Shown here: piece by piece, positions 10,901 through 25,091 of the stretch | Layout: each line of letters begins with the position of its first letter | How positions within the stretch are numbered: position 1 is the first letter of the stretch | Assembly: GCA_964106645.2 (NCBI GenBank) | Contig: OZ067039.1 | Source of the DNA: Podarcis pityusensis | Taxonomy: Eukaryota | Length of the DNA: 64,000 nucleotides | Direction: 5' to 3' (one strand) | Translations under genes and position numbers: made by a program | The notes under the pieces: model-generated | Seen by the model: only the letters and a program-made list of their open reading frames with translations | What the model was told of the DNA's origin: nothing | Database searches by the model: none

Positions 10901-13900
10901 GCCTGCTGAAAAATTGCTGAACACCATAGAACACAAAATTGACTATGGGAAAGTACAGTTTGTGAAGTATCATGAGATGAGAATCAGGCAGATGAGCTTA
11001 TTTTTAATTTGTCCACTGGTTCCTGATCTGCCATGTGGTCACATGATATCTAAGTATAACAGGAAATAAAATGCACGAAGAGCCATCTGAGATACCTAGA
11101 AGATAATTTTCTGTGTGCCGAAGATTTCATCCATTTTCTTGAAGCACTGGAGAACAGGTATCTCAGATTGTCTCACCAGTTGTGCACTGGGATTTGCAAG
11201 GCAGTGAAATTCTCACATATACATAGCAATGGAACACCATTAAGCAGGCATAGGCTGTTTTTAAATAGCTTTTTATTGAAATGTATTACATTAGCAAATC
11301 CTAACTTAAAGGTATACACTATTAACATATCAGCATATACCACATAGCTACAATACAGTAGTATACTTACATCAAAATATGTAGACTAAGAATTTTTGTG
11401 GCTGCCAAGCTACAGCTTATCACACAGATTTTAAAGTTTAGATTGTCAAGAGGGTGGCAGACTGCCTGCACATGCCTAGATTAGAAACAAGGCAAATAAT
11501 CCTTTTCACTTTGCCAGACCTCTAGTAGCTTGTTTGTATTTTTCGGCTCTCTGTTGTTCATACTGGTATAATTCACAATATGGCAATGAGGAATTCAAAT
11601 ACATAGGCCCTGCCATTGTATTTTACATACACGCTGTTTGATAGTTTAACCACTTTCACTCATCACATTGCAAAAGACCTGCTAAAAGTTATTCTCACTG
11701 CATTTTGTGCATAGTTAATCTTGGCCTGTACCTGGGGATCCTGAGCAGACACATGAGCCTTACATACAGAGTTATCCACTTAAATTTTCTATCTGGGCTA
11801 ACAGTCTGGATTCAAGACTGCTGGTTGTAGTTACATGAGCTCAAATCATGATTAAGCACATCCACTGAACTGTGTGCTGATACAAATGCAAACTGTTGGT
11901 TCAGCGTAACTAAATATCCATACAAATAGTTTCTATGGATAACCACAAACCTAAGGATTGCATGCATAGCCCTTAAGTGGCACAAAAAGGGCATCTAGCA
12001 GATATCCATTTATTTTGCTGCTAAGTTGACCAAACAACTGGGATACTGCTAGCTTTGTGCACTTCAGAAAAGTTATTTTCTCCCAACATATAAGGCTTAG
12101 TGCAGCAATTTTAATCACCAGAGTGAGCAATGTGCAGATGTAGAGAAGAGAGGAAAGCAGGTCAAATGTTTAATTCTGGTGGTAGCATTTCCTCTTAAAC
12201 CCACAAGTGTTGATTTCCAAATATTCACAGATTTTCTCCTCCCCCTCTTTTTCTTGGCTGGGCTCCTGTGGTTTCAGTTGCTGCATGACAAGAAGGAACT
12301 TAGCAACTGCAGCTCCCCCCCCCCCCAAAAAAATGACTGCATCTTTATGCCAAGAGAAGTTGTACAAGTTGCATTTTAGCCTGGCATGCAGCTGTGAAAG
12401 GCACAGGAACTCTTTCAGAAAAAGCTGGCAAAGCCTTCATATACAGCAGAGGTGGCGTACCTACCCCTGACCATTAGCCATACTGTCTGAGACTGATGGG
12501 AGCTGGATTCCAACAATATTTGGAGAGTCACAGATTAGCCATCCTTGATATACAGTGTCTGGATAAAGCCCAGGTATGAGGGTTATTCATCATGCTCCTG
12601 TTAATTATAACCACCACCATCATACCTAAGACAGCACAGCCTAACTACCACATAGCAAGTGTCTCTTCTCTTCAGTTCCCAGAACTGAAGGAAACTTCAC
12701 TGACCTTGGAAGTGGGGCAGCCAGAGCCATTCCAAATGATTAGATTATATGCTAGAAAAATGGCAACTCTTTTCTCCAAGCTACAGAGCTGAGTGACAGT
12801 TATTTGACATGTGCTTTTCGTTAATGCAGATCAACCTCATCAGTGTGTTAACAAATGTGATAGCTGGTGTGTGTTTTTTAGGTTCTTATACCCTCTTACA
12901 GGGATTGTCAGAAGTGCTCAAATTACAGGGAGCTCGGAGAGGGCTTGATCCCCTTCACTACTGTTTTTGGGAGAGTGCAGGGGTCCATGATCTGACTAAA
13001 ATTGGGCAGTCTCAGGAGTTGAGGCTTGTGGGTTTTATAAAGGACCACTATCTTCTTTCCCCCCATAATTTGAGCAGATCTCAACATAATAAGAACATGG
13101 TTTTAGCAATCTAGGTGCTTGATGGAACACAACTTCAATAGCTGGCATTTGCTAAAATCCCATCATTGACATGACTGGCAATTCTAACGGGAGAATCATT
13201 GACCCTTTATACTAGCGTAGACATTCTGAACTCATTGGGAGTACGCCAATTTAGTGAGTCAGCAGATCCTCCCTTTACAATGCCATTCCACTGTATTCTA
13301 TTGTCTGGATACATCAAAAGAAATAACATTTAGGAGAGTTACAAGCATGGCCCATCAAGCATAAGTGAACAAACACTAAATAATAAAAAGAGAGGCAGAC
13401 AATCAGAGTACAGTTACAATAACAGATCACAACGCTTTAGCCAACATGGTCCAGCACCCCAGAGGGCCTGACATCTACAGGGAAAACTGGGAAGATATAT
13501 AAGCAAACAAGCGAACAAACATGTAAGCATTTACATAGCACCATCCATGCAAGAAGCTTGCCATTCTTAATAAATATTAATGAATGAAGTCTCACACTAT
13601 TCCTGTGAGGTAGGTATTATTACCATATTATATATGAGGAAACAGAAGCATTGAACATAACTTGCTTGTTTAGCGCTTGGATGGAACTAGATATTTCCTG
13701 TTCAAAAACTCACTTGTTTCCCGCCTGGTGCATGTGAATCCCACACCAGATCATCATCTTTTTACTGAACTGATAGGAAAGGGAGCTAAGCCCCTCCTAT
13801 AGCAAATGCACAGGTGTGCTAATAGCAATACATCATGTACATTTTGCTAATTGTGCCAGTTTCAGAACACAGTAAAATCTGAGTTTACATACTGCTAGTT

Positions 13901-15705
13901 TACTGCAGGTCAATTTCAACTGATGTCATCCCTCTGCAGTCTAAGCTGAAATATGAGGGAACCTATGCTTTAAATAGCCACGTGACAGAAGGGAACTCAA
14001 GAGGTGCAGCTCCCCCCGGCCCCATCACTGCAACTGTATACTAGGATAAGCTTTACAAACGGAGCACTGCCAAAAACAGGCTGTGTGGTTCAAGTGGCAC
14101 TGTTTTGAAGAGAAGCAGCTATCCTTGGTACAACTGCACTACCCATTAGTGCAGTTGTGCTGCTTCAGTACAACTATAATACAGTTTTGACTGCATCAAT
14201 CAACTGCAATAAATAAATACAATCTAAGAGGGTGTGAAGCCCTTTCCACACATATGGGAGTGACAGGAGGGTAGACAAGCCTTCTAACTGCAAATGTTTT
14301 ACAGGCGAAGTACAGCTTGAAAAAGGAACAATAAAACCAAACTACTCTCTTGTTAGCTGCTAAGTTTTGTACAGAAAGGATTATGCCTACTTCATTTACC
14401 CCAATAGCACCTAGTAGAAGGCCATCCATAATATGCTGATTTCACCAAATAATAGGTCAGTTGAAGAAAAGGTTAAGGGGGGGAGATACAGCATTGTCTG
14501 CTTGAAAAGTTGCTATATATCTGTTTTTCTTTCCTATGTGGGCCATACAATAGGACTCAACTAGTTTTCATTGTTTAAACATGAGATGAATGCGTGGAGA
14601 GCTCATTTACCCCCTTCTTCCCCACTAGATGTCACTGTAAACAACTGAACGTCATGGAACCATGATGCAGATGCTTCTTAGTTACTTTGTTTAATCTCTG
14701 TAAATTCACATAGGGCACATCAATGCAGTCTTACTGCGAAAACAGAGTCTTTGTATAGGCCTACATGTTTTAAATATGTTGCTATGCCCTCTGGATAGAG
14801 ATGGACTCATAACTACTGTGAAAAACAGTATTATTGGGTATGGGAGGGTGTGGCACACAAGTTAGAACATGAATCAGAAAGTGAGCAAGGGAAATTATTA
14901 AGTAGGAGGAATAATTAGGAAGCAACAATGAATGGAACAAGTTACTAAGGGAGTCTCTGTCACTGGGCATTTTTAAACAAGGTTAGAGAAATATTTTTAA
15001 CGGTAGTTTATATGTAAATACACTTATTCAGGAGTAGATTAGATGCCTTATGATCTTCCAGCTCTAAAATTGTGCAAAACAAGCCTACCAGCTTACTTTA
15101 TCACAACCAATAAAAACACAGATGCCAAGGGAAAGTGGTTTGCCTATGGAAGGAAGAACACTAGCTGTCTAAATTCCAGGAATAGATAAAAATGCTCATC
15201 TTTAAAAGTGGGAAGGCACCAACTTTTACTATCCTTTTCCATGCTCACACACTTTGCTGATTGCATTAGTCAATGATTATTTTTAGTCCAGGCTAGATTG
15301 AATACACCCTTCTCTTTCTGGCACAAAGGTGGCAATAGTGGTATAAAACAGACTTTCATTTATTTGTAGGGTGGATATGTCCATGGGTTACTATTCTGCC
15401 TAACTAAAGTATTTGCACTCCTAAATCAACAAACCATTTGTCCAAAGTTACTGTTTTACCCACATTTTTGCCCTCACTGCAACAGTCTATTTGTATGTGT
15501 ATGGTTCCTATTCCTATTCACATTTTTAAAAATCGCATTTTCTTAGGGCTGTTAGTCTTAATTGTGCGTGCCTATCTCCTAGGAATTTACAAGTGAAACA
15601 GGCTTTTAATATACGCACACCTTTTAAAAATAGTTTGTGGATAATGGTCTTGTTCATATATTAGCCCTCAATCCTGTGAATATACTGGAGAAGAAGGTGC
15701 ATATC

Positions 15706-15851
15706 AGCCTGGATAGCTCAGTTGGTTATGTGGTGCTGATAATGCCAAGGTTGCAGGTATGATCCCCATCTGGGACAGCTGCCTATTCCTGCATTGCAGG
15801 GTGTTGGACTAGATGATCCTCAGGGTCCCTTCCAACTCTATGATTCTATGA
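15706..15851 (+). mobile_element. tRNA-Ile-derived SINE with a CR1-type 3' tail
   Basis: Head TAGCTCAGTTGGTTA..GTGGTGCTGATAATGCCAAGGTTGCAGGT..GATCCCC resembles tRNA-Ile. Tail GGTCCCTTCCAACTCTATGATTCTATGA is a CR1 end. Confidence 0.75.
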
Positions 15852-18800
15852 CTTGACATGCCATATAACTATCCCTCCTCTCCCTCCCACCCCTGCCCCA
15901 TGAACGTAAGATGAGACAAAGTGTCTCATGCAGAGGCAAGGGGAAATCATGTGAAACTGGCTTGTGAAATCAAGTTGTGAAATTTGGGCCTTTTAGTGAA
16001 CTGTTCGCTATATGCGATGCGTGGTGTTATGCGGTGGGTGAGAAGAGTACATGTCTGCTCCACAATGCGAAAATGCCTGTTAAGTGTGTGGACCAGACCA
16101 CAGTCTATCATTGCTACAATTTCCTCCAGTTGCAATAATAAACCCCAGAAAAGTAACAGGAAAAGGATAGCTTCTATCAACTGAGCCACAGTTTACTTTA
16201 CTTGTAATAGTATAGCCTCTACATACCTGTGCAGTTCTTGAACAAAGCGACAGTTAGGGAATTAGATAATAAAAACAATACAAGTCTTAAGTACTACATC
16301 TGCTAAAATGCATTTTTAACTAGGTAAATTAGTTATCATACACATATAGGGGGAAAACACTGAGCAAGGATGTGTGCAATTAACTAATCTTTCAAATGAA
16401 CTGCCTGAAATCTTTGGGAGTGTAATAAATTTAGAAACAGACATGCCCCACCCCCATGCCTGCATTACCTGTTTTTGTGTTACCTATAATAAGTAGCCAC
16501 ACCCAGATATTAATAAAATGCATGCTCTCTAGAAAGTTGCAGAGCAGGACCCAGTCTCTGTAGTTGGCTAAGGGTACTTGTGCAATGCTGGATGGCAAGG
16601 CACATGAAGAATCCCTTTTGGAAGAGCCACTTTCTCACATTTTTTTCCTTACATGGGATAAACTCTGAAGAAAAAAAAACATGTATAGCACAATTCTTAT
16701 ATTGGGCTAAGTATTTGCGGCACTTTTCAAGTGAGAAGACTGAACAGCCATTTCACATGTAATATAAACATATTTAAAAACTATGCAAGCTGTTTTTTTG
16801 CTTGGAGTGTAGCCAAATATAAGCAGGATGGGAGTTTTAAAACTTGTGTTTATGTACATGCTGATTTCCACAGTTGTCTTTTTATTTTAAAAATACTGTT
16901 TTTCACAACAGTGTCAGTGGCAAAATAGTAGGTTCACAAGACCAAATCCATCTCAATCCCACCCTACCCACCCCAAATTTGGCCTGATTATGTACAAACA
17001 TTCTAGTCTTGAGAATGAATCAATGTGTGCTCACATCATGGTCTGACCTGTGTTCAGAAATCTTGATTATTATTTTTTTAAAAAACCCATCTTGGGCTAA
17101 ATAAAAGAGTGAATGATACTGTCAAGATAAAATATATGCCCCTGAACGTAAGCCACCATTGTTCTTAAAGGGCAATATATAATACTTAAATTAGAGCTCA
17201 CCCCCCTACTGCATTCTCTCTCAAGATAGCAAAATATTTTATGTTTGGAAGATTTATAGGGGAAGGAGGCCCAATCTTGATGACATCTACTTAAGGAATC
17301 ATTGAAGTTTAAGCAGCACTAGGCTTTTCCAAAGGGTGCTTTCTTGCTTTCTGGGGGCTGGTTTGTTTGCTTTTATTGTTCAGAGGGATACTACAATTTA
17401 CAGCTCAGACAAAAGCCACATTTGAAAAGCTACAATTGAAGGGTTTTCTTGATTGCTGCCTATTCCCAAGTTATCAGGACACAGAATATGCTCCAGTGGC
17501 AACTGTCAAGGTTCTTCATGAGCCAAGACATGTTGGACGGCCGCAGTAGGGCGCAACATTCTGAGTCAGACAGATAACTCAATAGTAACTACAGTTTGTT
17601 TAAGGCTTCCATGTTTCCCTTTCATTGCTCTATTTTCTTAGCTTCAGGCACTGCCACCAATGCCTCAGATACCAAAGAGAAATATTAGTGTAGTGGCCAG
17701 CTGTAGTTCACTGAATTCTGATTGCCCTGCCTCATGTTCTAGAAACGAGAGAGGGCAGAGCATAGCTCAGTGATAAAACATAGGTTTCGCATGCAGAAGA
17801 TACCAAACTCATCCATGGTAGCGCCTCTATTTTAAAGCATTTGGGGCAGCAGGCCTGGGATTTGGGGCAGCTGGCAGCCAGAACAGGCAATATGATGCTA
17901 GAGGAGCCAATGATCTGACTCTATAGCAGCAGCTGTATGTATTCAAACAATAGATCTCTCCTTGATTTGGAGAGCAAACATTGTTTATATCTAGCAAACA
18001 ATGCCCTAAATCATAAGTTGCCTTATTCATCTATATAGAACTTGAAAATCCATTCCAACTTGAAAATCCATTACGTTAGGAGGAGGAGGAGGAGAAGCCT
18101 GGATCTTCTAAAAACGGTATAAATTTGGTTAAAATAGTGGCCTGAATCTGTTAAAAACATGACTATGATATTACCACTCACCCGTCAAAATGCAAATACA
18201 AAGGAATGTAATTACACTTAAATCTCATTGAAATCAACCACCGATTGAACTACATTTTCTCTGGAATGGGCCCTCTGTGCACAAAGAATTATTGGTATTT
18301 TTGCTTCCAATTAGCATTTTCTAAGTGTTTATCCAGTTAATATATTTTATTGCCTTTCAGGCTATGGGCCTACACAGTGACCTTTGAACATTCCACAAAA
18401 TCCTGCCAAACACCCAATCTTAAATACTTCAATGTTATGGCTGTAAGAATTCAGTAAAGTTCAGTAACAGTTCAGTTTTAAAATTAACTTCAGCTAGTTA
18501 AAATTTTAAAATCAGGTAAACTACTGTGATTTATTACATGTGAATAATTGCAGATGTATAGTTAATAAAAGGGATTGGGCAGGGGCAGAATCTGTTTTAG
18601 GCGTTTTTTAATCAAGATTCTAGCTATGCACTAAAAACTCTGCAATACGAGAGCACTTTACATACACTTCTTTCATAAGATGCTTTCTTGCCATCAGAGA
18701 AGTGTATGGTATTGGCAGTTTGTAAAAGGAAAAATGAATGCTAGACTTTGTGTGTCCATTTAAATAATATCATTGTAATCATGTAATCAGTATTACTGAT

Positions 18801-20611
18801 CTTCTCCACTAAATCATCTAACTTTCATTCACAATACTTCAAGACTGTGCTTTTAAATAGATTTTGTAAAGAATCTCTCACAGTTCAGTGGAGTACATTA
18901 AAACTTACCTGGCACATATAACAAACAAAACGGCTGCCAGTGCTAAGTCCCTAAGCTCTGTATCACCCAGTTAAGAATGATCAGACACACAATATGGCCA
19001 TCTCAGCAACACAGAAAGGGCATTCCTGCTAACGAAGAAACACTTAGCTTCACAGAGCTAATTTCAAGTCTTTGCATAAAACTTTCAGCATCACAACATT
19101 TCAGGGCAGGAGAGATCTTGTGAAAGCCCGCTTTCTGCAGGAGAAAAACAAGACATTTTTCATCTGTAAGCTGCCTGAATGGAACGAGACACCCACACAA
19201 CATTCCTTACCTTTTCTTTTGGTTTTCAATTTCTTCAACAATCAAGATTCATAAGAGCATTAAGTGTCCACACTACAAGCATACCACTTCTATTTCTACA
19301 GCAGCTCAGATTTGCAATGGGGGGGGGGCGACTATTCTCAATTGTTACATTTTATGCAGCACCCACAGTAGGAAAAGCTACTTTAGATGCACCATCGCAT
19401 AATTTTGTTCTGAATTGCTATTTTTTGCTTAAGCAACACTGCCAACTACTTAAAAAAACCACACCCTATAGTCTTTGTTCTTTTAGCTGTCCATTTTTGC
19501 ATCAGTTGGAAAGTTTATTTCCTACAGCCACTGTCCCATTCTAGTAAATATGGATTTGCTCCTAGATGTCAAAGTAGCAACTGCATTTCCTCCATACTAG
19601 ATTCATACTGTTGATGTCCTCTGGAACAGGTGTAGCTTCAGAAAAGTGTTTGTTGCTTTATGATTAGTTATCTCAGGTAAAAATGTATGAAGGATGCTTC
19701 CAGTTCTTTCAGTATGTAACACCAACGTAAGTGGCTTTTTAAAAATCAGAGTGAAAAAGTACACACCTTTTAAAAAAACAAGCAATAACTTATTTCTGAT
19801 TCCTGGGTTCTTCTTAAGAAGTCTTAATCATCTAAAGATCAAATATTGGTTTTATAAATTTCAGCAGCAGCATCAGTCTGAGATTCCTTCAGCAGGAAGG
19901 CTGTAAAAATGGCTGTTTTGTTTGTTTTTTTGCATTCTTTCTAAGCAGCTTTTGTTCATATTTAACCGCAGCAATGAAGTAGGAACCCTCATCCCCCACC
20001 CCTGAAAAATCCTGTACGAATATTGCAGGCTGTAATGCTGCTGTAACGTTGGCTAGTTCTGCCATCAGCTTGTTAAATGGAAAGCTGGAACATTAATACA
20101 TTTCTCATAGATCCCTTTGGAATGGGGATGTTCAGTGTAAGATCAAGGTTAGAATGAAGAATAACTGGAGCGCTTTGGGCATGTAGCCTACCACCTCCTC
20201 CATCAGGCAACTAAGCTGGCAAACACTGCAACTTTTTTTTTTTTTTTTTTTAAAAGAAGAGAAATATCATGTGCCTACTCGAGAGAGGTGACTGTTGTAC
20301 AAAATTAAAACTGAGAGTAGGGCAAAACCTCTAGCATACCAACACCATCCCGCTGGCACTGCTAATGACAACTTGGTCACTCGGCAACCTCCAACAGCCG
20401 ACTTTGTGCACACACTTCATCCGTTTACAGATGTCATCCTTGGATATTGCCTCAGCTGAGCTTCACCTTTGCAGCCTGGCAGCCAGGCACATGTTCTGGA
20501 AAAGGCAGCTCTTCTTCAGACAAAGGACACCCATGGAAGGAGTACACAACAATAGGAATGAGAAACGGAAAAGGAAAGGGGAAAGAGAGCAAATAAGAAT
20601 GCAGATCCCCT

Positions 20612-20721
20612 TCAGGTCTTGTTCTCATCATACATGTCCAAGACAGGTTCAATGGAAGAGAAGTCGTTCTCATAAACCAGGCTCCGAGGAGAGAGGGAAT
20701 TACGGTGAAAGAAGTGGCCAC
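20612..20721 (-). CDS. RNF130: RNF130 alternative last coding exon (S-GHFFHRNSLSPRSLVYENDFSSIEPVLDMYDENKT*)
   Basis: Strong acceptor ttgcttctttcctag|GT, phase-1 compatible with the exon 7 donor. Open to TGA at 20612 and followed by repeat-poor UTR-like sequence. Confidence 0.78.
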
Positions 20722-23700
20722 CTAGGAAAGAAGCAACAATAAAAAGAATCCTATTAGGAACGAGGCAGAAAAAACGAAGCGACTCTGCTAACAACAAAGT
20801 TTACGCATTTCAATCTACTTTTATACCAAGGTCACAGAAATGCAAAAGAAACATCAGTTTTTTTAAAAAATTAACCATCTGAGCTATGTGAATTTTTGGA
20901 AAATTAGAAAGACCTCTCTTTTTCCAGTAATAAAACCATTGCATACTTCTGTATGGACATTGTAATACTACAGGTTTAATAAACTCTCGGCTGATGGCAT
21001 GTAGGTGTGATCTTTGGCTGAAGGGCAGTATACAAATTTAATAAAATAAAATAAAATTCAAGGTAGCCTGTGTATGAAACAGTTGCCAAGAAGGGCTGCA
21101 AGGCTTGTGGGCAGAAGCGTGCCACTTGTGTTTTGTGCAGCAAGCAGTCAGTGCTGTTACATATTAGACACCTGGAAAATAGAACTTCTGCAATGTATCC
21201 AGATCTCTTTCATCGGTCACAGTATGAACAACTGCAGAGGGAATGCTCCCCCCGCAACCCTGAATGAAAGAATATTTTGCTCCAACTGCCTGTTACTTGG
21301 AACTGTAGAAGCACACTTTGCCCCTTCCCAGACACCAGGCAGATGGCCCATGATCATAAGGCAGGCAGTGACAGTCTTATCTTTAAACATATGTATAACG
21401 CTTAAAAGTTTAGGTGTTTTCTAAGTGTTAAATATTAATACCATTCTATCCTTTTACATCTGTTCAATAATCTGGTTTCAGGTCTGCCTCGTGTCACATT
21501 TGCCTATCAAGTTCTCTCTCCATTCATTTCCTTCAACACAGACTGTCCATTTTTGTTAGGAAATCCCTGACACTTTCCTCTTTGTTATTTGGGTCATTTC
21601 ACCCACATTGCTCTGTATTCATCAATTCGTTGTAAGCTTCCAAGACATTTCTACCATCCCTCTCATCCAAACTTTTACCTTAGTATTCCCCCCACCCACC
21701 CAAGGCCCTGCAAAGAAGCTGCTTACATCACTGTAGTAAGATGCTGGGAAAAAGAGATTTCTGCTACAGTTAGTTGACTGACAGTTTAAATTGATTTCGA
21801 TCAGAGGTTTGCTTCTCACTGCTGTGAAAGCAGCAGTATGGGCTAAATTTAAACACAGCCATGGGCTTTTTGACAACAAATTGGTTCAATTTTCCTGATC
21901 TCTGTGATGAAGACTATATGCCTACTCTCAGAGTGCACTAAGAAAAAGCTGTCATCAAATCTTGCTGTTACTAGCATGAGGAAGGCAAACACATATGTTA
22001 TGTGCTTATTCTGTTGCCTTAAAGCAACCTGAAGCTTGCTTATAACTATAGCCTCTCCCTGCAACTCCAATTGCCGGAAATGGAGCCTAGTAAAGGACAT
22101 GTTGCCTTGCAGATTGAAGGTTCTCTTGCCTTTTGACTGGGTTTCACAAGACAAGCCCATATCAAGAGACAAGAAAATGACTAACCTACATACATTTCCC
22201 CCTCCTCCCGTTCATTTAAAAATTCTTAGCTTATTTGTTTGCTAGCACAGCAACTTCGCTACATGTAATGAACAAAACAGAAATCTAGAAAGAACTGACC
22301 AGGTTCACTATGCTCATGAGGTCTGTTTCAAATGTTACAAAACTGGCTAATCAAATTTACATGCAGGCATTCAACATACAAAGAACCGGTTTTTTCAGCT
22401 TTTCAAAACAAAAAAAGGCAAAACAATGTTTTGAAAATTCACGTGGTTCTTCCTTCCTCCTCAGTTTGACTTTTTCACATTTTCTAAAGCAAAGTCACTT
22501 CCTTATTTGTGACATTTCTCTGAACGTTTCAAAGACATTTTGAAATATTCTATTATGGAAACTTTAACACACTTCATTTCTAATTAATAAAAGCTGCTTT
22601 CTCAGCTGACGGTTTCCTGACAGCTACAAATTAAGCTACTATTTTAATATAGATGTTGGATGCTTTCCCAAGTTCAAGAAGTACTTTTAAATCCCCAGCC
22701 CCAATATTTCTTAAAAAGCATCATAAAAAAAGGAACGCCAGCTCCCTTTTTGATAGCTAGAAATGCAAACTGGCTTATTTTAATTAAACACAGTACTAAA
22801 TTCAAAAGTAGGTTAAACTTTGATTGAACAAACACACAAAAGGTTCTGGCTTTGGCCAGCTTATGCCTTTTTGTCTGCCTGATTCAATAGTCAATCTCAT
22901 TAAGTCTGACATTAGCTTTTGGCTGGAAATCAAGAGCCCAACAGCTCTACATTCACTAACAAGGCCACTGTGGATTTTCTTTATAAAGAGCTGAATGATT
23001 CTTACTCTATGAGAAAAGAAGAAGAATGTGCTGTGTTCAATGGCTTGGAAGTGCAAGCAAGCACCACTACTAAAAAAGCAGCAGGGACATGAGATTTTGT
23101 GTCACTGACCCGATTTGAAATGGAAGAGCTTGCTGTGGAAGCAATCCTATACACCATTCATTTCCAATCACAATAGCTGAACACACTTTCACATTAGTGT
23201 TCAGTGTTGATTCCCTTAGAGAATAATTTGTGATGTAGAAGTAGCAGAGAAGGGACAATTAGGTGGTTTGCAAGGAGTAAATTTTATTTAAATAAATTTC
23301 TTTTCCCATCTTTGATAAAGTTAAATTTAGAATTGTCAGGGGCAGCTGTGCCACACCCTGAAACTGAGGTCTCCCTGCAGGAGGAGCAGAATCCTGCCCA
23401 GTTGATCGCGATGCAGCCAGTGATTCCAAAGGGCCACTGGATCTGGATATTCTTGCCCCAAATCAGCTGCCCGAATTCCTGGCCTGCTCGCAACACCCAC
23501 CCAATGCATTTTCCCCAATGCCACAGGAGAAAAGTCAAGAGAGAAAAGAGTATGTATAAATGCATGTATACCTATATACACTATACACCTATTCCTTTAT
23601 TGATACATCATGTTTTTGCCAAACACTCTATTTAACCCCAACAACAATGAAAGCTATCTAACCAGACAATTTCTTCTTTTCCTGAATATTTTTTCGAACA

Positions 23701-24308
23701 GCAGAGAGCTGAGGTAATTTAGGTTGTTCAAGTGTTAGATTTTGTAATAACTTATCTAAAAACAGACCACAATTGCCATTCTTTATATGCAGAAGTATTA
23801 AGGAATGAGAAACGGAAGACAAAACCATGAGGATGCCATGTTGTTGAAGCTATATATGAGAATAATAATGAAATAACACAAGCTAAATGTTTATGTAGCT
23901 ATAAAACAGTATATATCCTACACCTGGTATTTCCAGTTGTAATCTCTGAACAAATTTGGAGTCATAATTATTTAAGTCCCAAATATTGCAAGAGGAGTTT
24001 CACTTATGGAAAGGCGATTGCTCATCTCTTCCACTACAACCCCCAAAAAGCTACCCTTGAGGACTGAGATACCTTCAGAGCATTATCAAGATACGATACA
24101 GGGAGCTGGAACAAGGGAGGATTAGCAGAAATCAAGCCCTCCTTCCTTTAGCAAGAACTGCTTCCCATCTGTGTTAGTGTTTCGTGGAAATCCATAAAGT
24201 GAGTGCCTTTTTCTAATTTATAGGTTAGCTTTGGCTTGTATACTAAGTTAAGCAAGTTCACAGAAGGAATGTTTGCTACCCTCAGACTTCTGAAAAGACT
24301 CTGTAGAA

Positions 24309-24443
24309 CAGGCATCCCCAAACTCGCCCCTCCAGATGTTTTGGGACTACAATTCCCATCATCCCTGACCACCGGTCCTGTTAGCTAGGGATGATGGGAG
24401 TTTAGTCCCAAAACACCTGGAGGGCCAAGTTTGGGGATGCCTG
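24309..24443. mobile_element. 135-bp palindromic hAT MITE with 8-bp TSD ctgtagaa
   Basis: TIRs CAGGCATCCCCAAACT / AGTTTGGGGATGCCTG. Exact TSD at 24301-24308 and 24444-24451. Confidence 0.9.
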
Positions 24444-24599
24444 CTGTAGAAGATCAAAGGGCCCTCCTGAATAATATAAAATGGAACATGGTGGGGTACT
24501 AGAAGAGGGAAAGAATGGGAAACTTTACTCTTAGATAAGTTAACTTATCTTAGGATCCAATCTCAATTTTAGGCAGTTTGTCCTCTCTGCAGCAGCACC

Positions 24600-24784
24600 A
24601 GGCCTGCACTCCAACATGTCTCCGATGAAAATAAGGATATCCTATTTGATACCCTCCAACATTTATCTGATGAAAATAGGGACATCCTAAGGAAAAGCAG
24701 GACATTCCAGGATCAAGTCAGAAACTGGGATGGCTTCTGCAAATCCAGGACTGTCCCTGGAAAATAGGGACACTTGGAGGGTCT
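24600..24784. mobile_element. Degenerate hAT-like MITE with a partial tandem duplication of its left end
   Basis: ACCCTCCAA...TTGGAGGGT ends and repeated GAAAATAGGGACA motifs. Confidence 0.55.
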
Positions 24785-25085
24785 ACATCTCATGTTGTTT
24801 AAGAGGGCCTTCTTGACTTTTCAGAGCAGCTTTCTGCGGAAGAGCAGGCATGCTTGCAGAAGGAAGGGACCTAAAACTTTCCTCCTGCAAACTTCTGTGT
24901 TAACTTTTAGTTCAAGGAACTAAGCCTTGAATTTACAGGAGAAATATAAGATCAAAATCTGATACATGTCCATACATTTAACAGAACTAGGTGGAAACAT
25001 CCACTGGATTAGGGGGGGGGGACCACTTTCCACTGACAAGCGTATAATAAAATTCAATCTCAAAATAATTTTTTATGATTGACCT

Positions 25086-25091
25086 TTTATT
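25086..25091 (-). terminator. Proximal poly(A) signal AATAAA of the RNF130 exon-9 isoform
   Basis: AATAAA on minus about 140 nt after the stop, at the end of an AU-rich UTR-like tract. Confidence 0.7.

Noticed and set aside
13606-13613. let-7 8mer site (CTACCTCA on minus) in the putative long 3'UTR
   Set aside because: It falls in the core of a MIR-like SINE, where this word is common, and inclusion in the UTR is unproven.
15706-15775. Possible tRNA-Ile gene
   Set aside because: It has a deletion in the D-arm region and a degenerate B box, and it is fused to a CR1 tail, so it is a SINE head.
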